From: Candidatus Eremiobacteria bacterium
GTDB taxonomy: Bacteria; Vulcanimicrobiota; Vulcanimicrobiia; Vulcanimicrobiales; Vulcanimicrobiaceae
DNA length: 64,000 bases
Assembly: GCA_963737065.1 (NCBI GenBank)
Contig: CAVTRC010000001.1
Coordinates: forward strand, 1,248,001-1,312,000
Direction: 5' to 3'
Positions 60,294 through 64,000 of this stretch are shown in pieces. Position 1 is the stretch's first letter; each line of letters starts with the position of its first letter. Under the pieces are notes generated by a model. That model saw only the letters and a program-made list of their open reading frames with translations, was not told the origin of the DNA and did not search any database. A program made the translations under genes and the position numbers.

Positions 60294-60531
60294 ACTTCTT
60301 CTCCAAGTAATCGATGATCGCGTCATCGTCGTCGGCAATTTTTACCTCGCCGTCCGTCATCGACGGAATGCCCGTTACACCGAAAATGTCGTTGACAACG
60401 GTTCGCTTCGAGTGCTCGTGCGGCACGTTGACGACTTTATAGTCGAGCAGCAAATCGGTCATCGCGCTGCGCACGCGCGCGCAGTAGGGGCACCATTCGG
60501 CTTGGTAGAGGACGATGTTGGTGTCGATCAT
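60283..60531 (-). CDS. Glutaredoxin / GST-N-like protein
   Basis: 'LYQAEWCPYC', 'GIPSM.DG', AGGAG RBS. Confidence 0.88.
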   Translation of the reverse strand: MIDTNIVLYQAEWCPYCARVRSAMTDLLLDYKVVNVPHEHSKRTVVNDIFGVTGIPSMTDGEVKIADDDDAIIDYLEKKYGT

Positions 60532-60579
60532 GACTCTCCTGGTCACCCGAAGGCCGGGTAAGGCGTTTAGCAAATTACG

Positions 60580-61281
60580 ATGGATATGGGCGCCACGTGG
60601 GGGCCGGACCGGTTGCTCTATCGGGCGATAGTGCTCTCGCTCGCGCTGCATCTGCTCGTTGCGCTGTTCATTCCCGCGCTCGCGACGTTTCAAGGAAACG
60701 GCCCATCGATCGAAACGATTTCGTTCGTGCGGGTTATCCATATAAGCGTCCTGCCGCAGCGTCCGGTTGCGCACGAAAGGCCCGCTGCGGCACCCGTTAA
60801 AGCGCCCGCACCGCAAATTCAACCACAACATCGCGCGACGGCCCGACCCGCGGAACGCGCGCCTGCGCCCGCACCCATAAGCCGTGCGCCGGTCAGCGCG
60901 GTGGAACCGCGCAAGGGAAGTGCGGTCGCGCAGGTCCAGTCGACTGCGCCACCCGCCGCGGTTACGGCAACGCCGCAGGCAGCAAACGTTGCAAGCAATG
61001 AAACGGAAGAACACACCGGCGGCTACATGCCGCTCGGGGCCGAAGAGCCGGCTCCCGTGCTCGATCCGGCGATCCGAAAATCACTCGCAGCGCTGGGCAT
61101 TCACACGACGCTCACGATCGACGTCGACGCGAACGGAAAGACGACAAACGTGACGTTCTCGCCGCCGGTCGACACGAACATCGAGAATCAAATTCGAACG
61201 ATGCTCGCAAGCGCGCATTGGGATCCGGCAATCTGCGGCGCCGGCGTCGCGTGCGAAGCGCAAACGACGATCAAGCTGTAG
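60580..61281 (+). CDS. TonB-like Pro-rich membrane-anchored protein
   Basis: TM 'SLALHLL', Pro/Ala linker, C-terminal 'IDVDANG...WDPA'. Confidence 0.7.
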   Translation: MDMGATWGPDRLLYRAIVLSLALHLLVALFIPALATFQGNGPSIETISFVRVIHISVLPQRPVAHERPAAAPVKAPAPQIQPQHRATARPAERAPAPAPISRAPVSAVEPRKGSAVAQVQSTAPPAAVTATPQAANVASNETEEHTGGYMPLGAEEPAPVLDPAIRKSLAALGIHTTLTIDVDANGKTTNVTFSPPVDTNIENQIRTMLASAHWDPAICGAGVACEAQTTIKL

Positions 61282-61295
61282 CGCAGCCTCGCGCA

Positions 61296-61844
61296 TCACG
61301 CCCTCGCGTAGATTTGACAAGCCGCCGACCCGCCCAAACGGAAAAATCCCAAGTCGCCGAATCCGATGCGCTGCCCTTCGTCGTGCCCCGCAACGAAAAG
61401 GAGCACGCGTCCTTCAATCGCGCGCAATTCGCGGCGCATGAAGCGCAATTCGCGGATGCGGGAACGGTCCTTTGCCAGTTGCGCCGCAACGAGTGTGAGC
61501 GGCTTGCGGCCGTAATCTCCCGCGACTTCAAGCAAGCCACGACGGTCGAACGGGCGCAGCGGCGCAAGCGGAAGATAACGGTCGTGTACGTCGTGTGGCG
61601 TAAAGCGATCGCGCCAGAACAACGCTTGTCCACCGCGATATGCCCATCCGCAGTCGAAGCGCGTTGCGACCGCGAGCGCATCTCCGGCGTCGATGCCGTG
61701 TATTGCGAAAAATGACGGCCGTGCGCCGGCGATGCGCTCGGCGAAGCGCCGAGTAGTGCCCACGCGGCGCGATTCATTCGCGAGGGAGAGGCAGAGCGGC
61801 CAGTCGATGAACTTTACAGAATCGATTTCCCTAAGCCCGAACAA
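61296..61844 (-). CDS. Hypothetical protein (possibly a degenerate EEP-like fold)
   Basis: ORF fills the gap after arginase; start uncertain. Confidence 0.4.
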   Translation of the reverse strand: MFGLREIDSVKFIDWPLCLSLANESRRVGTTRRFAERIAGARPSFFAIHGIDAGDALAVATRFDCGWAYRGGQALFWRDRFTPHDVHDRYLPLAPLRPFDRRGLLEVAGDYGRKPLTLVAAQLAKDRSRIRELRFMRRELRAIEGRVLLFVAGHDEGQRIGFGDLGFFRLGGSAACQIYARA

Positions 61845-62704
61845 ATCAATTCGACGGCGAGCGCCGCAGTTTGATTTCGCGTGTCCAGAATCGGATTGAT
61901 CTCGACCATTTCCATCGATCCCAGCATTCCCGTTTCATGACACATCTCCATGATGAGATGCGCTTCGCGGTAACTCAAACCGCCTTTGACGGGTGTTCCG
62001 GTTCCCGGCGCTTCACTTGGATCGATGCCGTCCATATCAAATGACACATGAATGCGGCTCGTGCCGCGTCCGGCGATCGCAAGCGCCTCGTCCATAACGC
62101 GCGTCATGCCGAGTTTATCGACATCGCTCATCGAAAATGCGCGAACGCCGGATTCGCGCAAAAGCGACTTCTCGAGCTCGTCGACGTCGCGTAAACCGAT
62201 TTGCACGCTGGTCGCACGCTCGGCGTAGCCGTTCTTGAGCACGAACCACAACGGCATGCCGTGCACGTTTCCCGTCCGCGAACTTTCGGGAGTGTTGATA
62301 TCGGAATGCGCGTCGATCCAAATCAGCCCGGGCGCTGCATCGTATCCGCGGGTCAAGCCGGCCAGAGTTCCCATTGCGATAGAATGATCGCCGCCCAATA
62401 CGATCGGCAGCCCGTCATCCCGAACGCTGCGCTCGACGGTGTGGGCAAGCTCGTTGCAAACGCTTTGGATAACGTTCAAATACTTTGCCGACGGATCGTC
62501 CGACTCGAGCGCTTCACGATCGGGAACATGCAGGTTGCCGTGATCGATGATCTCCGCAATGTGCAGGCCTCGCAGCTTGTCGTGCAGCTTTGCATATCGG
62601 ATCGCGGAGGGACCCATGTCGACCCCGCGCCGGCTCGCGCCGAGATCCATGGGCACGCCGATGATGTCGACGCGCGTCGGGCGTTGCACGGACGTAGTCG
62701 TCAC
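61814..62704 (-). CDS. rocF: Arginase
   Basis: 'GVDMGP', 'GGDHS', 'WIDAHSDIN', 'GNVHGMP', 'SFDMDGIDP', 'VEINP'. Confidence 0.96.
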   Translation of the reverse strand: MTTTSVQRPTRVDIIGVPMDLGASRRGVDMGPSAIRYAKLHDKLRGLHIAEIIDHGNLHVPDREALESDDPSAKYLNVIQSVCNELAHTVERSVRDDGLPIVLGGDHSIAMGTLAGLTRGYDAAPGLIWIDAHSDINTPESSRTGNVHGMPLWFVLKNGYAERATSVQIGLRDVDELEKSLLRESGVRAFSMSDVDKLGMTRVMDEALAIAGRGTSRIHVSFDMDGIDPSEAPGTGTPVKGGLSYREAHLIMEMCHETGMLGSMEMVEINPILDTRNQTAALAVELICSGLGKSIL

Positions 62705-63786
62705 GCGGCCTCCTGGTTCGTAAGGTGCAGCAGAATCACCCGTAGCGCTCCGGCAATCGGTACGGCGATCAGCATGCCGAAGATGCCGCCCAGTTCGGCG
62801 CCCGCCAGAACCGCCAAGAGCACGATCAGCGGACTGAGTTTCACTTGCCTGCTTACGATCACCGGAGAGATGAAGTGCCCTTCCAGTTGATAGATACCGA
62901 TGAACACCGCGGCGACCACCAATGCATTTCCCCACCCGTTGTTTACGAATGCGATGCCGACTGCCGGAATGAAGGTCAGCACCGCTCCCACATACGGAAC
63001 CAGATCGCCGATCGCCGCCAGCACCCCGAGCAAAAACGCGTACGGAACGTGCAGAAACAGCAGCGCGATCGTGAGCAGAATTCCCACCGTCGCGGCGACG
63101 AGCAACTGTCCGCGCACGAACCCACCGATGACTCTATCGATATCGCCGATCAGCGAACTTGCCGCAGCCCAGCGTTCCCGCGGAACGATGCGGTAGAATC
63201 CGGCGAGCAGACGGTCGAGGTCGGCAAGCAAATAAATCGAGAGCAGCGGGATGATCACGAACGTTGCAATGATACTGAAGGCACCGAGGAGGATCGTGAA
63301 GAGATGACTCGTCGCTTCCAATCCGTGCGTACGGAGCCAGTCGACCGCGAACTGCGGAAACTTCAACATCTCTTCGCGGATCGAATCAGGAAGACGTGAA
63401 AGGATCGGGTCGCGCGGATTGAGGAGATACGACCGGTATGCGTCCGCGAATTGCGGACCGTGCTGCGCGATCGCCTTCATATCATCCGCGATCCGCGGAA
63501 CGAAGAAATAGAGCCCGACCGCGACGAGAACGACTAACGAAAGATACACGACCGCAAGCGCCAATCCGAGCGGCATGCGAGCGCGAAGCCGGTGCACGGC
63601 CGGATACACGAGATACGCGAGGAAGATAGCGCCGACGACGATGTAGAGCAAGCCGCCCACGTGATCGATGAACAGCAGTGCAATGTTGCCGAGATAGAGC
63701 AACAGCGCAATTACGACGAGCAGCTTGAGCGCATACGTCAACCGTGCCTCCGTGAGCCAGCCCCACGGATTGCGTCGTTGCTGCAT
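62701..63786 (-). CDS. AI-2E family transporter
   Basis: 'LAYLVYP', 'FVRGQL', 'VPYVG', 'QLEGHFISP', 'GMLIAVP'. Confidence 0.92.
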   Translation of the reverse strand: MQQRRNPWGWLTEARLTYALKLLVVIALLLYLGNIALLFIDHVGGLLYIVVGAIFLAYLVYPAVHRLRARMPLGLALAVVYLSLVVLVAVGLYFFVPRIADDMKAIAQHGPQFADAYRSYLLNPRDPILSRLPDSIREEMLKFPQFAVDWLRTHGLEATSHLFTILLGAFSIIATFVIIPLLSIYLLADLDRLLAGFYRIVPRERWAAASSLIGDIDRVIGGFVRGQLLVAATVGILLTIALLFLHVPYAFLLGVLAAIGDLVPYVGAVLTFIPAVGIAFVNNGWGNALVVAAVFIGIYQLEGHFISPVIVSRQVKLSPLIVLLAVLAGAELGGIFGMLIAVPIAGALRVILLHLTNQEAA

Positions 63787-63892
63787 TACGCTGCGCGTTC
63801 TATCGCGCGCAAAGGCCACACGCGTTTCATTACCCAGGTCATCCCGTTCGGTACGGAGGCTTCGCCCTCCCGGAGTCGTAGTTTTCGCGCTT

Positions 63893-64000
63893 ATGTATCG
63901 GAGGGCGCTTGCCGCGTTTCTGGCGTGTGTCGCTTCGGCGTGCGTGCTCGCTGCCTGCGCGCGCCATCGCGGCGCCGCGCCCGGACAACTCACGCTCGGC
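63893..64000 (+). CDS. 5' end of a lipoprotein (truncated by the window edge)
   Basis: MYRRALAAFLACVASACVLAAC, lipobox LAA|C. Confidence 0.6.
   Translation, partial: MYRRALAAFLACVASACVLAACARHRGAAPGQLTLG

Overview
GC-rich bacterial chromosomal window. Gene style and content suggest Ca. Eremiobacterota/Vulcanimicrobiota, but this is a tentative inference. Most of it is housekeeping: nadA-nadC, pepP, NCS1 and ABC-2 transporters, a complete divergent Tad/Flp pilus locus (12.7-26.6 kb), rsmI-metG-GGDEF-tatD, a respiratory block (menG, polyprenyl synthase, tatAC, system II cytochrome c biogenesis, Rieske, cytochrome b-c fusion), an RND pump, a heme/siroheme operon with unusual fusions, and arginase. 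The standout is a nested mobile element at 38.2-40.7 kb. An intact IS110 (IS621-like) element of 1,222 bp sits in the catalytic 'DITYI' motif of an IS3-family transposase. Its 5' non-coding end can be read by eye as a bridge RNA: four guide segments match the IS3 target and the element's own circle junction, and a sigma70-like promoter (TTGACT-N17-TATCTT) forms only on circularisation. The target guides spell the IS3 D-I-T-Y-I codons, and every guide-target mismatch within those five codons is at a synonymous position. Three +1 frameshifts in otherwise intact core genes may be sequencing errors. All calls are from motif recognition and manual pairing; no searches or folding programs were run.
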